Shown: positions 1 to 14,229 of the stretch, piece by piece
Layout: each line of letters opens with the position of its first letter
Position numbering within the stretch: position 1 is the first letter of the stretch
NCBI GenBank assembly: GCA_964247055.1
Contig: OZ176055.1
Span: 2,604,001-2,668,000, forward strand
Direction of reading: 5' to 3'
Length of the DNA stretch: 64,000 bases
From: Paragordius varius
Lineage: Eukaryota > Animalia > Nematomorpha
Notes under the pieces: model-generated
Seen by the model: the letters and a program-made list of their open reading frames with translations, nothing else
Database searches by the model: none
Told to the model about the DNA's origin: nothing
Position numbers and translations under genes: made by a program

Positions 1-212
1 TTAGAAAGTTATTAAATAGTATCTTGGGGAAACGTTTTGGCTAAATTTAAGATATGTTCCATTATTTCTATCAAAATCTTTTACCAGAAATTCCATACAT
101 TTTTATACGGATACCTTAGGCTTTATTTCGCAAATCAAATTAAGTTGAGATAAACAGCTTCAAACTGTAAATTTGAAATATCGTTTCGATTAGAATGGTT
201 GTAATATTCGGT

Positions 213-3200
213 TTAAGCGACACCTATGTCTAAACCTCCATTTTTTTCGCAAATTAAGTTAGACGCTTGAGATAAACAACTTTGACTTTCAAACGGTAAA
301 TTTGAAGGATCATTTCCATGATTACCATTAATCGTATTATCAATAAAATTTAAACTTTTGGTTGAAACTAAATCAGGTGTTTTTGGTGATGATAATGATT
401 TGTTATTATTTGATGTGTAAGGTTTACAATAATTATATCTGTGATTCATGTGTTGACTGTAGGAACCGGAATGAGAGAATCGTTTATGGCATTTACCGCA
501 CTGGTAAGGTTTTTCCCCACTATGTAACCTGTGATGTTCCGTCAGGTGATGTTTGTGTTTAAAGGCTTTGTAACAAATTTGACAAACATATGGACGTGTA
601 CCTAAGCATTACAATTATAAATTTATAAAATAGCCCATTAGTTTTAACGTGGGCATATGATGGGAAAAAATATCAATAATTTGGACTATATTTAACAAAC
701 CAATGGGTTTGTATCTACAGTACTGTTACCATTTTTGTGGGGAAAATATAAGTTACCAAGATTTTTCTAACGTAAAAAAGTCACCCCATAAAGATTTTTA
801 AGTTTAGATCACACTTACATCAATAAAAATTTTACTTCCTACGCTAGTATTTTACTAAGCTAAATCAATCAGAGTGTTTCCTTTTTTATTGTCAAACTAA
901 TTCTTACTCTTTGGTTAATTTTACACAGGACTCTAAAAAATTGTCACACTTCAATAAAAAAAGTACCAGAATGTTCGTATTTGTGTCTTGCCAAAGAACT
1001 TTGTTTGCTAAAAGTTTTATCACATTGATCACATGAATACCAAAGCGTTGTGCTGGTCGGAGGCGATGTTGAGGAACCCATTTGTGGTTGCTCCATCTCT
1101 TCAATACAACCATTCGTGGTAGCTTTTTGTCCATGTAAAAACGAAAAGTCAAATGAAAAATTTGATAAATTATTATTATTATGTACATTTTTATCATTAA
1201 CATTTGCCATTTTATGATCAACGAAATTGGTTATTCCATTGTGCGTACCAGCAACACTTTTGAAATATCGTTTTTTGGGTGACAAACCCGACACATAGCG
1301 TTTAAAAGGAGACGGTTTTGATAGATGATGAGAAGCAGTTGTTGCTATATGATTGGTTGTAATTTTTGACTGCAAACTTAAATCATTGTTAATCGATGTT
1401 GAACTGGTGGTATTTATTCTTTTACCATTGGTTTCATGAGGACTTGAGTTTGTGTCATAAAGACGTCTCTTTATTGTTTTAAGTTGAGTCTTTGAATCTT
1501 TATAGTCTTGTGTCATTGAATTAATTTCTTCCGCATTTTCCAACCCTTTTCGATTTTGTCCTGCAATATGTTGCTGCAACAAATATTCTAATCCATTTAG
1601 CTGGGGAGTAGGGTTAAAAAGCATTTCACTCACATTTGGTTGGCTACTTTTGTTATTAATATTTTGCTGTTGTTGATTATGCTTATGGCCTAATCGTTGA
1701 AGTAAGAATTGATAAAATTCCGTTTGGAAAGTTTGAGCATCAAATGTGTTTAAATTTTTGCCATTATCACTATTTTCTCCTACCCGGCCATCTTCGGGTG
1801 ATGAGAGGCCCTGGCTTGAAGAGTTTGTTGAGGGTTCAGGCGTACGTTCCCATTGACTAATTAGCCTTGAAATATGTTGCCCACAATCCATTTTTTGATC
1901 GTTATTCATAACTGTTTGATTATTATTAGTGTTATCTGATGCGGGGAAGGATTCATGATTAATAGAATGCCTATTTGGCTTCAATGGAAATTTATTGCTT
2001 GATTTGGACGGTTTCTCCTAGACAAAAATCACAAATATATAAATTGTTGAAAATTTTAACTTATGATTATTTCATAAATTTTTAGAATTTTTTGACTTTT
2101 AAAATTTTGTTAAATATATTAACTGGATATTTTAAGTTACCTAAATGTTTAATCGCAAAATTTAACTTAACATTATAACCTGAAAAAGTAATTTTTAAAC
2201 AAATTTAACTAAATAAATTTTTTCCATAATAAACATTATAGCACAATTTTAATGATAAAAGATTTTTAATAAATTATATTCACATACTTATTTTAATGAA
2301 CCCATTAATGTTGTGTAAATACCTTTCTCGTTTTGAGTGACAAGTCTAAAGGTGTATTATTGGCAGGTAGTAAGTCATTGTTTGTTGCGACAAAATTTTT
2401 ATTGCTCATGGTATTCGCCATCTCATTCCTTGGGGCACTTGCACAATTTTCGTCAGTGCCTTGAAAAATTAAGGAATCATTTGACTTTATTTGTTTTTGC
2501 TGTTGAATAAATTGATTATGAGAGATAGCGCAATGCTGATATCGTTTATAAAGTTCCATTAGTTGACAAAATGTTTCCAATTGCTTGGTTTCGTTAGACT
2601 TTTTTACCACGTCATTATTAGCTGGCATATTGTACGTATCTGGGCTAAATGTTGTTGTACGAGGTCTATCATTCTGTTCTACGCTACCTTTTTCAGAGTT
2701 GTTTAGAAGAATTTTACTTGAGGTCGGTGAGTTAGGCTCATTGTCATAGGTGTTGGGAGTTGGTATTTCATTTCTCGATGGCTCTTTCAAATTATTACCA
2801 TTTATTTTTGATTTTTCCATATTTTGTTCCAATAAAGTTCGCCGTTCGACGTGACATTGGTATAAAAAACAATAAAATCTCCACCATTGAGTCAGGAGGG
2901 GTGAAGGGGGCGCAAAATTTGGCGCGGTCATTGTTTCGTAAGATGGTTGCTCTTGATTTTTTGCCGAGGGTTGTGTTTCCATTACAGAGGTACTTACAAA
3001 ACTATTTTTGCTACTATTTGAAAGATCATTTGTATTGGCATTTGGTTTTGTTAAAAGGGATAAAATAGGAGATGTATTACACTGAAAATAAGGGCGGTTC
3101 GGCGTTAAACCTTTTAGTATCAATATGAAAAAATTTAATATGAAATTATAATTTTGTAAAACATTTTTGTTCGTAATGTGGTATGCAATATGCTAAATTA

Positions 3201-6200
3201 TACGGCACCCTATTTAAAATTTATGTCAATTCAAACGCGTTTTAAACTAAAATTATATAACATTATGCTTCACTATCAGCTTTAATAAATAATAAACTAT
3301 TTTAACCTTATAAAACTATATAATATTGTTATATGCGTTATAGTAAGTGTAATAAAAATATACAATATATATTTAAAGAATCCAATTTTTGGAAAAATGA
3401 ATATACATGTATGTGAGAGCCCAAACTAAAATCAATAATTTGAAATTAGTTATATAGCTATTTATTCCCCTTGCTAAAATGACAATGTCGATCAATGAAT
3501 AAATACAATATACACATTTATTGTATAGTCCTTAAAAATGTTAAATATTTTGTTATCATTCTAAAGATACTACATTAGAGATGAAATAAGGTAAAGGGGA
3601 GAGATAGATAAATAATGGGTGACAGACAGACTTTCCACACAAAATGAATTCTTAAGGATAAAAAAAGCAATAAAATGGGGGATTTTTTCCGTTCTTTTAT
3701 TGAAAAGAAATGTAAAAAATCTATGATGATAGACAGATTATATACTTTAAAGATCTATTTAAGGTAATTTTACCCCTCTCTATCTAAGAATTTTAATTCT
3801 ATTTCTTCTCTTATATATGTAAATATGTACACAGGGGTGCACACACAAAAAAATGATAATCAAAATTCAAGTGCTGCTTCTATATGTAGTATAAAAATAT
3901 CTTAAAACCCAATAAATATGAAATGAGGCATGGATTATAACGCGCGCGCGACGACCTTTTAATTAAATATGTAAGTAGAGAAATAGATTTTATTACGCTG
4001 GAAAATCACAAATTCCTATAAAATTAAACAATATATTATTTTAGGTAATCACACATAATCATTGTGAATTTTAATGGTTGCTTATTCCATAGTAGGGCAA
4101 TTCGCAACACAGTAGATGAAAAAAACAACAAAATGTTGAATAAACGTGTACCCTTTCTTTTTTCATACACTCCTGTGTCGCAAATTGCCCAACTATGTGA
4201 AATATACAACCATTAAAATTTATACTGTAAGTTACACTGCCAAATTAAATACTCATCAAAAAAAATTGTTTTAATAAATACATAATCAACAATTCGGTGA
4301 TTTAGTGTAAAAATAATGAATAAATCCGATAAAAATTAGTCAATTAAACAATGGTATGGGTAGATTAGCGACAAACAATGCAGTTATAACCGTGAATGTG
4401 GCGCTTATAAAAATTCATTTGAACAGATGTTTTCGCATGATATAACGTTTAACTTATTAACATGCCTATGCATAGTGAATACATATAAATTTATGGATTT
4501 CGGAAAAGCTTATAACCAAAAGATTCGTTTCAATTGCCTTTTTAAGATATTAAGTCTTTAAGAATTATTTATTGCACATAGTGTACTATTTGGTTCGAAA
4601 ATTCATGTTTAAAATTGATTATTGCTGATATTAAATATGTAATAAATTGTTTTCTTCTGAAATATATTTTGTAATTAATGTCTCTAATAACCAAAAAATT
4701 TGAATACCCTCATCATGTTGAAGAAACAAATCAAAAATAGATTCTATGTCAGTGGCCAAATTATTATTAAAATTATAGTTGGTATTAATTGGTTGGTAGT
4801 TATTATATTTTTATATCTGAATCATTAAAGGAATGTCTAACACGGGGGTAGCGGGCGGCATGAGGTTCATGAAAATTAAAAAATATGAATTACGAAATTA
4901 TATAATTTGTTAAACTAATTAAGATCTAAAAAAAAATTGCAAACTTTGTCAACAAATTAGCAAAAATTGGAAAATAAATGGTAATTATAAGATCGTAAAT
5001 TATTTAAAAAATATCATTTTGAGTTGAAAATGCGACCGCGACCCTATTAGTGTTAGGCAACCGCCTAATTTAGAATATCAATTTCCTGTCCGTCAAAATT
5101 ATAAAAACAAGATGTTTTATAACGACATAGGGATGTCGGAAATTAATTTTGCATAACAACAAAGAAGGATCTAAATTTTTAGGTTAACTAAACATCATAT
5201 TTTAACCATTAACCATTAATTTCATATTTTAATGACAATACAAAGAATAAATATACAATATTTAACATTAAATTTTGATAGAATGAATTTAGAGTTATAG
5301 TTAATACTCAATTTGTGCAAAAATGGATTATAAAAATAATAGTATCTATATGCATAGGAATTAGTGAAACACGAAATTAATATCGATTTTTCCCTGAGGT
5401 GTACATAACTATTTAATATATTTTATCATTGAAATTTATATATAAAATTGAAGCGAAACCTTTTTACCATAATTGGAGATTGCAACTAGAAAGAGTATTA
5501 TTAAACCTTTCAATAAGTCAAAGTGACAATTCAATAACGAACGATTCCCAAAAATTATCCGTTAATCTCAAGTTGAAAAACAAAAAAAATTATAGCAATG
5601 TTAATTAATCAACAAATTTCAAACTTTGTAAAATATATTTTATACCTACAAAAATAATAAGTTTTATAAATAAAAAATAAAAATACCTTTGAAAATTAGA
5701 GAATGAGTTTTTACACTTGAGTTTTGGGTAAATTGGTATGGGGAACCGTTTTCATTCCGTATTAATTTATCTGATTGCACAAATGATTTGGAAAAGTTTA
5801 GGCTTGCATCAACTGTCTTAGAATTTCCCATCTCCGCACTTTGTTTTCCATTTTTACAGTGTTCAGATTGTGGGGATGTAACTTTTTCATATGTATTATC
5901 GTTCAATTGTTGCAACATGGAATTTCGGCCATTTTGATTTTCATCGTCTGTGACAAACATGGTAGTCGTAGTCGTCTGCTGTTGCTGCTGCTGCTTTTGT
6001 TGCAAGGATTGCACTTTAAGTATACATTTTTTGCTCGTCATGTGACTACTGTAAGAACCGGAATGTGAAAATTTTTTGTGACAAATATTGCATTCAAACG
6101 GTTTTTCACCCGAATGGATTCGCAGGTGTTCCTTTATATGTAACATACAATTAAGTTATATATTTTTTTAGATCCTACAATCACTATCCTTAACCCAAAA

Positions 6201-9200
6201 TTATAATGAAGCATGTTAATTGATACAAAACTAACGTTTCTAATATATGTGACAAATTAGTCCAAAATATAATTATGCATGTATTATTTTAAGCATAATT
6301 ACGCCAAAAAACGCAGTAATGCATATGTTTTTAATTAGACGCGCGTGTCCCGTACGTGCTTTAATGGTGCCTAATTATCTACCTGCCCACACCTTTCAAA
6401 CTATTAAATGATAATTATCAAATTATGTAATAACAAGTCAGTTTTAGTTATTATGATATGCATCATTGCATCTTCACTATCATTATTTATAAATTAAGGT
6501 CTATAATGATAAATTATTAAGATCCCTTGATATTTCTATTTATATAGCATAATGTAACGATTAATCACCAGAGTAAATATGATTGGTTATTTAAAAGCAC
6601 AGAGTATATATATTTATATATGCACAATATAAAGGTAATCCCATAAGACTCTTTCCATATAGTCTATATGTTATTTAAATTTTGGATGTCATATTAACAT
6701 ATACGACAATAAACAACATTAGGAAAAGTAGGAGCGTGGTCAAATTCATATTAATTTATGCTAAATATATATCAACCACGTTTATACATAAAAATATATA
6801 TTTTATTGCAAAATAAACAGCCATTAACGCCAAGTGGTATAAAAGGACATAATTTAAACTATTTAACAAAATAGATAAAACACGCGCATATACAGTATAG
6901 TAATTAAAACATCCCCTACTGTGAGCCATTTTAGTTGCGATAAATGATTGTGTTACGCTTTTTAAGCATTTCTAATGCTTTTACAGGCGGTTTTTATTTG
7001 TGAAGGAAAGATATATATCATTAAATTGTTTAAGTTAAATCAATATATTAACGATCTTATGGTTTATGATATACATTTAGTACATTCCAATTGTATCGAG
7101 ATACCTTCCGATCATAATTTTACTATATAATAAAAAAAATATTTTTTACACTTGGTGATAAGTTTTCAACTATAACGTTAAGCCCGATAATATAAATAAA
7201 TATGCCAAATATGATTCATTTTCAAATAAAATAAAAGCTAAAATAGATATAAGTCAACCTTTAAATGGTGCTTAAATTTGAATGCTTTGTCACATTGATT
7301 ACATTGAAATCGTCTGAGCAGCGCATTTTCCGTATGACTAATCATGTGCCTTTGCAGACGATATATGTTGGCAAACACCTTCCCACATACCTTTATTAAG
7401 TAAAAATAGCAAATTTTTAGATATGATGTAAAAATAGATGTTTTCATTTATATTTTTAACTTTGGATGCATTTTTAGATCATTTCAAATTTATTAGCGTG
7501 ATATATATTTATAACCTGACAGGTTTGTTGCATAGGGGAGTGCATGAGCAAATGCTTTTCCAATTGGTTCTTGGAACCGAAATATTTGTTACAGCGCGGA
7601 CAAAAATTATGAAAGGGTGTCGTATTATTAACTCTATACAATGAATTTGTAACATGGTTTGTCGAATTGAAGTTTTGGTTATTTGGGTCCCCATTATCAC
7701 GAATACTCTTCAACTCATCATTTTCATTGGAATTACCTACTAAAAATATAATTAAATAAAAGAACCCAAAAAATATATATTATATATATTTATAATATAT
7801 ATCTATTTAATTTTTTATGCATGTACCTGTCAATCAAGGTAAAAAGAATATTATCACAATATTTTACAGGTATACATTGTAAATGTTATAAAACTGTCAT
7901 TCAAACATTTATTACAAAACTTATCTTTCTAAAAGTACCTTCCCATCTAAACAAAACAATTAAAAAAAATTATAAATATATTTTTATCCTTGAAGGAATT
8001 TTTAGCAGTTAATGTAAACTATTTTTTACCTATGACTGGTAAGGAATGCTATAATTTAGCAATGTGCAATCAGGTTTTATCTGTTTTTTGCATCTTTTAT
8101 GCGTGCGTATTCAACAAAAAAATAATTGTAGGAGAATTCATTTTTAATTTGATTAAATGTATAAAAAGAGGATTAAAACTAAATAATTTTGTTTCGAGTG
8201 GTGAGCCAAAGAAGAGCGGATAAAAGAGATTATAAACTAAAAAAAGGTTGTTGGTAAAAAGTCTCGTTTTTGTAGTGTGGTCCAATTATCCAAAAATGGT
8301 CCTATTTCAAAACAAATAAAACTATTGTTTTTGAAGCTTAATTACTTACCATTTCTCTCGTTCTCTAAATGCTTTAATTTGTTGGAAAACAGGCAGGCAT
8401 CAAATTTAATTGGATATCAAAGGTTTTTTGTTACTACCTACTCAAAGCTACCAATATATAAATAAGGAAATTTCAATTCAATCCATATATATATTATATG
8501 TAAGTCTCTAATAGGGGAAATCAAGTAGACATTATGAAAAAACGCAAACGAAATTTTGTCATACAAAAAAACAGCTTTGAGGTTAAACATTGTTATGAAA
8601 AAAACCGTGTGTTGGCTAGATAAATGATAATTTAATTACATTACCGTCATTTCATTTTAGTAAGTTGAAATTTTTTTTCACAACAAACAGTATAATTCGT
8701 TAGTCACGCAAAACTAAAATCCTTATTTTGTCTTCCCTACATAGTGGTTAAAAAATAGGAGGTGTAGGCAAAAAAGTGTATTTTAAATTTTCTATTTAAC
8801 ACAAGTTTTAATTTTTGCGTGTTAAATTCGCATGGAAAAAAGGGGTCAAGTCAAACCATTAAAAAAAGTCATTAAAATTGTTTGAGTTTTCCTTTAGTGA
8901 GTTTTATAATGCAAATACCAGGTTAAATCCCTATTTAAAAATTTTTTAGTGCAAAAGCACATACGTATCCCGACTACATAAAAGGGATGGTTGGTTCTTT
9001 TTTATTTTAAGTAGGTGAGTATGGCAATAGGGAAAGGGATTAATGGGTTGCATGTCGGACTATAAAAAAATTTCCCCTTCATTTGAGATAAATTTTATAG
9101 AAGGTAGAGGTGTGTATACTTGGGAGGTTAATTGTTTTGTGTGTGTGTGATTCTCAACATTTTTATCGCAAAAATAATAGAAATTTGCAATTTAAATAAA

Positions 9201-10497
9201 AAAACCTTCAAAATTTTGGCAATAATTTGTGCAATGTTTTACAAAAAAAACAAAAAAAGTTATTTTTTTTATAAACGGTAAAAGATAGGTTAATTTTCAT
9301 TGCCATCTTTTGTCCATATCATCAGGCATTAGAAAATATCACATGTTTTTAACGTTAATTTTAACATTATTAATTATGTTAAACTTTTAACCACACAAGA
9401 TTCAAGGAGATCTTTACGCAAATAAATTTTTAGTTTCCAAAATGACTCACTGTTGATAAAATAATTTAACTTTTAAAATTTATATTCATGATGCAAAATT
9501 TTAAATCCATCCATCCGTTTAAACAAAGTTTCGTTAAAAAATGTATAAATAATAATGTACTCTACTGTTTACACCGCGAAATGAAATACATAACTGCGAC
9601 GACCTTGATTTATTTGTTTGTTATTTGTATGTTACTAAATAACCGATATTTTTATCTCAACAAAGTTAAAAAAAAAGTTTATGTGCATAGTAGTCAGATT
9701 TAAAGTATAAATCGGAAAAAATCATCTTTTTGTTGGCCTTTCTCACACGTAAAATATGTGTGTGTTTTTTCCGAGTGAACTTGATTTAAAAAAAAAGTTT
9801 AACAAACAAATATTGTAGTTTAAACTGTTGTAACTTTTATTTCAACATAAAATATGCATGTCATTAATTTAATTTATTTTCTGATTATCGGTGTTAGGGA
9901 AAGACGCAACAAGCAGCAAGAAAAAAATTAATAATTTAAAGTTGTTGCTCGAAAGTATAAGGTTACAAAAACAACAAAACTTGCAATAATACCAAGACAT
10001 CTTTTATCGATTTTAGAGGAAAGATAGATTAGTATGTGACATTTAGTTAGTAAAGATACATATCGGTGTGCCAAAACTTTTTCTACCTTATGTTGTTATA
10101 AATATTGAAAAATAAAAATATACTAAATTTAATAAATATATATATATATATATATATCATACAAAATGTAACCTTGATTTGTATTTTTGATATTGAATGG
10201 AAATGTCATTTTTCCAGGTAGGTCAGGTGAATGGCAGGTAGAATTTTGAATATTGAATTTACTTTCACACAAGTCATTATTGTTTTTATTATCATTATGA
10301 TTTGAACAGGATGAACTCTTTAAACTTTGTAGGAATTGGGCTATAACCAGTTCTTTTTCCATTTTATCCTTAGATGTGGCTTTAACTAATGTCTGAGTTG
10401 TACTTTCCTTTGAATTTTTACAATCGCTGGGGTCATTCGAATGAATTTGAGGATTTAGATCTGCGACAAATTGTAGGGTGGATGATGTAACCGACAT
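213..10497 (-). CDS. zag-1: ZEB/Zfh1/ZAG-1 family C2H2 zinc-finger transcriptional repressor, 7 exons, about 1116 aa
   Basis: Exons on minus: 10497-10173, 7736-7516, 7390-7259, 6131-5687, 3110-2323, 2017-967, 601-213. All introns are GT-AG with consistent phases; total 3351 nt. N-terminal fingers: [68 protein letters not shown]-terminal fingers: [71 protein letters not shown]. These match ZEB-family finger sequences. CtBP motif PLDLS at 2338-2352. The first exon and start codon are less certain than the rest. Confidence 0.93.
4067..4220. repeat. Small imperfect inverted repeat (about 60-bp arms), probable MITE remnant in ZEB intron 4
   Basis: AATTTTAATGGTTG..CATAGTAGGGCAATTCGCAACACAG..ATGAAAAAA (4067-4124) is mirrored by its approximate reverse complement at about 4157-4220. 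Confidence 0.7.
4837..5056. mobile_element. Possible degenerate MITE of about 220 bp
   Basis: Ends are CTAACAC...GTGTTAG with weakly complementary GC-rich subterminal sequence (GGGGTAGCGGGCGGCAT versus ATGCGACCGCGACCC). No clear target-site duplication. Confidence 0.35.
7824..7872. promoter_or_regulatory. Candidate ZEB (CAGGTA) plus PBX-MEIS/PREP (TGATTGACAG) composite site in ZEB intron 1
   Basis: TACCTGTCAATCA at 7824-7836 reads TGATTGACAGGTA on minus; AGGTA at 7837-7841 and CAGGTA at 7867-7872. Motif match only. Confidence 0.45.
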
Positions 10498-13028
10498 TTT
10501 ATAAAGGTTAATGTATAAAAAAGTCAATGGCTTAATTAATACATGTTTGGAATTATTTGACGAAAAATCAAAATGTAATTAGTGAAATATAATTTAATAT
10601 GATAAAATGGACTAGACTATTTTATTCATCTGTGTATATTTCTAAAATGAAAGTTCGAATCATTACGGTATCATTTACATTGTAAGGTGGATGGATAGAT
10701 AGTTAAAAGTAATAGTTAAATATCCATTTTCTGGTAAAATAAAAGATCAGATTTCAACGGTTATGTAGCAGTTAACTGGCCTAGGCTGATTTCGATTATT
10801 TTTTGTTAAATGGTTTTCAAATATGAACTTTCTATAAAAATTTTAATTGTGTAATCAACTGATGAAAGAAGGTAGGTATAACTTTTTATACATTTCATTT
10901 AAGGAAAATGTACAAAAAAAGTATATTTAAAAAACGTGGAGAAAAAAATGAAAAATGAATTTTGATGTTTGCTTGGTTGTTGGATTTCGTAGAAAAAATT
11001 ATTTATTAATGTATTAACTATTAAGCTTTTTAGTGAAAAATTTATACATAATAATTTAATATGTAATATAGATAGGTATTATAGAGAGAGGAGAGGTATG
11101 CAAAAAAATGAAATTGTTAAATTTATTGAGAACAATACATTCCAAAACCTGGTGTTGTTGTGTGCTTTTGGTTTGTATGCGAAATTGTGTGTTTTCGTTT
11201 AAGAATTTTTGTAAAATTGGTAAATTAAAAATGTTTAACGAGGATAAAAAAATGATTTGGTTCAAATGAAATATTCCATTCTTTCAAATTTTTTCTAAAA
11301 AAATGTTTAACCCAGGTAGATGTCGCGCAAAATGATATTATTGACTACATACAATGTGTATATGCATCGAAAATATATATTTGAAAATGAAACAAAAGTG
11401 TTAAAAATAAAATACGATAGATAAATCTTATTGTATTATTATTGGTTTTATTAAATGCCATTATTAAATATTGAGATGTCAAAATAATTGCACGAAACAA
11501 AGCAATTAATACGCAAAAAATTGACGCGTTATTGAAATTTTGGTAAATATTTTAGAATTGACATAACTTCGTGTGATACGTACAATTTTTAAATTACAAT
11601 ATGTAAATTATTTAAATTCCAATAAATAAAACTATTTAAATATTTTGCAAGGTAAAAGTAGGTAGGCATGTAAAAATATTTTTTAAACCTATGCATGCAC
11701 AACAAGTAAGCACATGTGATGGAGGAAGGTTTAAGAAAATCTGTTTTAAGTAAAAAATTTATAAATAATCTATCTCTCCTGTATATTTATATAACATAAA
11801 ATTTATTATCTATTTAAACTTTTTTTACGTTTTTTTATTATATAAAACACACGTGTATACTCACTAAAATATACGTAAAAATTGTGTATCTTATGAGTAT
11901 ATATTGATAAATGTATATGTACATTGATTCAATTTAAGAAATGCAGAATATATAGAAGATGTACCTCACGGTAACTTTAGAGATGGATTACAGTTGGGAA
12001 AAACCTGGAAAGCAAAAAAGATAAATGCACACTTTGTTTTACTCCCGTATAAAAAAGATAAACGTGTGCACATGATTTGATATTGTTATGACGTCCAATT
12101 TTTATGAAATATACATGCAAGCTAATGTTACATTGGCATAGTAATCAAGAATGAAAACAGTAGTTTTTAAAATTTAATCATTTTTCACCTCTAATGCATA
12201 ACATTTTAATTCATTTCCGAAGAGGCAACTAAATACAATAAAAAAAATTTTTCAATATTGGATAATTGTCGTCGTTGTGAAATCTTCCCTAAAATATTAT
12301 TTATATATGTGTATATATATATTCATTTCATTACACATTTGGCACTTTAGATTGCATTTTAAATGGTTTATCTGTAGCAATAAAATCTATTACGTAGAAT
12401 AAAATCGATATTTAAAAATGTAGTATGCACAACAATTTATCATTATCGTTTTTAATATTTAAAAAAATGTGGATAGATTTTTAATATCAAAATATTATAT
12501 TCATATAATTTTTAAGTAATTACCTTTCATCAGAATTTTAAATGAAAATTAAAAACCTTAAGACAGTCAGATTATAGGAAAAATTTATTTATGCAAATTT
12601 AAATTTTAACCAAAAAATGATTAATGGTCTCATAGGTTGTTAAAGGTTGTGAAGTACATTTATCACCTTCAAACAATAGGCTTTGTTTGTTTTCCTTTCA
12701 AATTTTTTGAATATTGAAATGCCCTAAACTCATAAAATTTTAATTAAAATTTATGAATACAGTTGATTATGTACATATTTAACAATTTATTTTTAATTAA
12801 TAAATGAGAGTTAACAAAAAAAAGTTTGATTCTAACTGTATATCTCAAAATGTATGAGAGTTCAAATATCAAATTGTTAAACCATGTTTTTACCTTTTTT
12901 CTCTCTTAAACAAAGTTATTGATTCAAATTGTTACTTAATAACATAAAAAAGATCGATAATTTTGTTTGTTCTGTATTATGAATACAAATAACTTTTGTT
13001 CTCGCTGTAAGTGCAATTGGGAAAAAAA

Positions 13029-13102
13029 CACCTCTCACAAATATAATTTTACCTGTCAATCAAAGGTGGTTGACAGGTATTTTACTTACCTGTATTTACC
13101 TG
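13029..13102. promoter_or_regulatory. Dense cluster of ZEB-type sites with PBX-MEIS-like site, 2.5 kb upstream of the ZEB start
   Basis: CACCT 13029, TACCTG 13050, AGGTG 13064, CAGGTA 13074, TACCTG 13087 and TACCTG 13097. Palindrome ACCTGTCAA..TTGACAGGT. Contains the same 13-mer as 7824. Confidence 0.55.
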
Positions 13103-14229
13103 TGTAAAATTTAAATAAAAGCCAATTTTAATATTCTTTCGCATTCGTATATTTTCTAGTAATTTTGGAATTAAAGGGGTTATCATTCAAGAATTACTGA
13201 ATTTTAAAATATTTAAACTTTCTATCTTATATCTATAAAGGCGGAAAAATTAAATATGAAACCCTTTTCTGGACTCTGTAGCAAACTTTTTTAAAGTCAT
13301 AACTATAAATTTTTCTTGTTTTCAGTTCACTTTAATAGAGTAGTGATATAATATGGATTTAAATTTATTTTTGATTTACAAAAACTACTATATATGTTAG
13401 ATTCCAATATATTTGTTGTTCAATGATACCTCTGGTCTACGAATGCAAAATGACCAGATATATTCATAACTTACAGGCTTAAGTGTTCACTTTCAAAAAA
13501 TTAAGATATTAGATACGTATGGAATAATTAGCTAGACTCTTTAGTTCTATAATAATTGGAATATAAAAATTTATAGCTTAAAATAATTTCTAATTAGCAT
13601 AAATTTAAATACGATATCGATGAGATGGCTAATTAGGTAAATTGGTACATATACAGTCTCGTATGGTAAAAAACAACAAATTGTTAAAATTAAGCAATTT
13701 TTTCCTATGTTTTAATTTAATGATAGACAAACTTTATTTGATACCATACGCTACTATAAAAGCATTAATTTGGTCTTTATCTCTGAATGATAATTATATT
13801 CATCAATCATTTTTTGGCTTAAAATTTCGTCTCTCTAGAGTTATAATTTGCATAAAGTAACAAAAACAAATTTACAAAGTTCTTAAAAGGTTTTGGCACA
13901 AATTATGTAATTAGTGTTTGAAAATACGTATATTTAGACAGAAACGACACAAATAATTTTATTGAGAATAAGAAAAATGGAGGTTGTTTAATTGTAAGCT
14001 TTTTTGTTAATGTAATTTGCATACTCCACCTAAATCTTAACAAAAAACTTGAAAATAGCAAATTTATAATTGGAAATATAACGCATTAACACTCACTCTA
14101 TAAAAATTGAAAGTAAACTTGTTAATTTTATAGTGAAAATCAAAATAATTTAAAATATTTGTTAATTCATTAACACTTCATTATTTGGGATAGTTTGATA
14201 ATCCAGCAAAATTTAAGATATGCTATCTT

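Noticed and set aside
904-3068. Overlapping ORFs 904-1221 and 2760-3068 as separate genes
   Set aside because: They are alternative-frame or antisense shadows of long ZEB exons with no recognisable domains.
7736-7742. TAGTAG tandem acceptor at ZEB exon 2 as a notable feature
   Set aside because: NAGNAG acceptors are common and this one would change a single residue in a disordered region.
11056-11265. Upstream coding exon of ZEB
   Set aside because: No family similarity and low-complexity translation; at most a 5' UTR exon (CAG|GTTTT donor near 11148), which is unsupported without transcripts.
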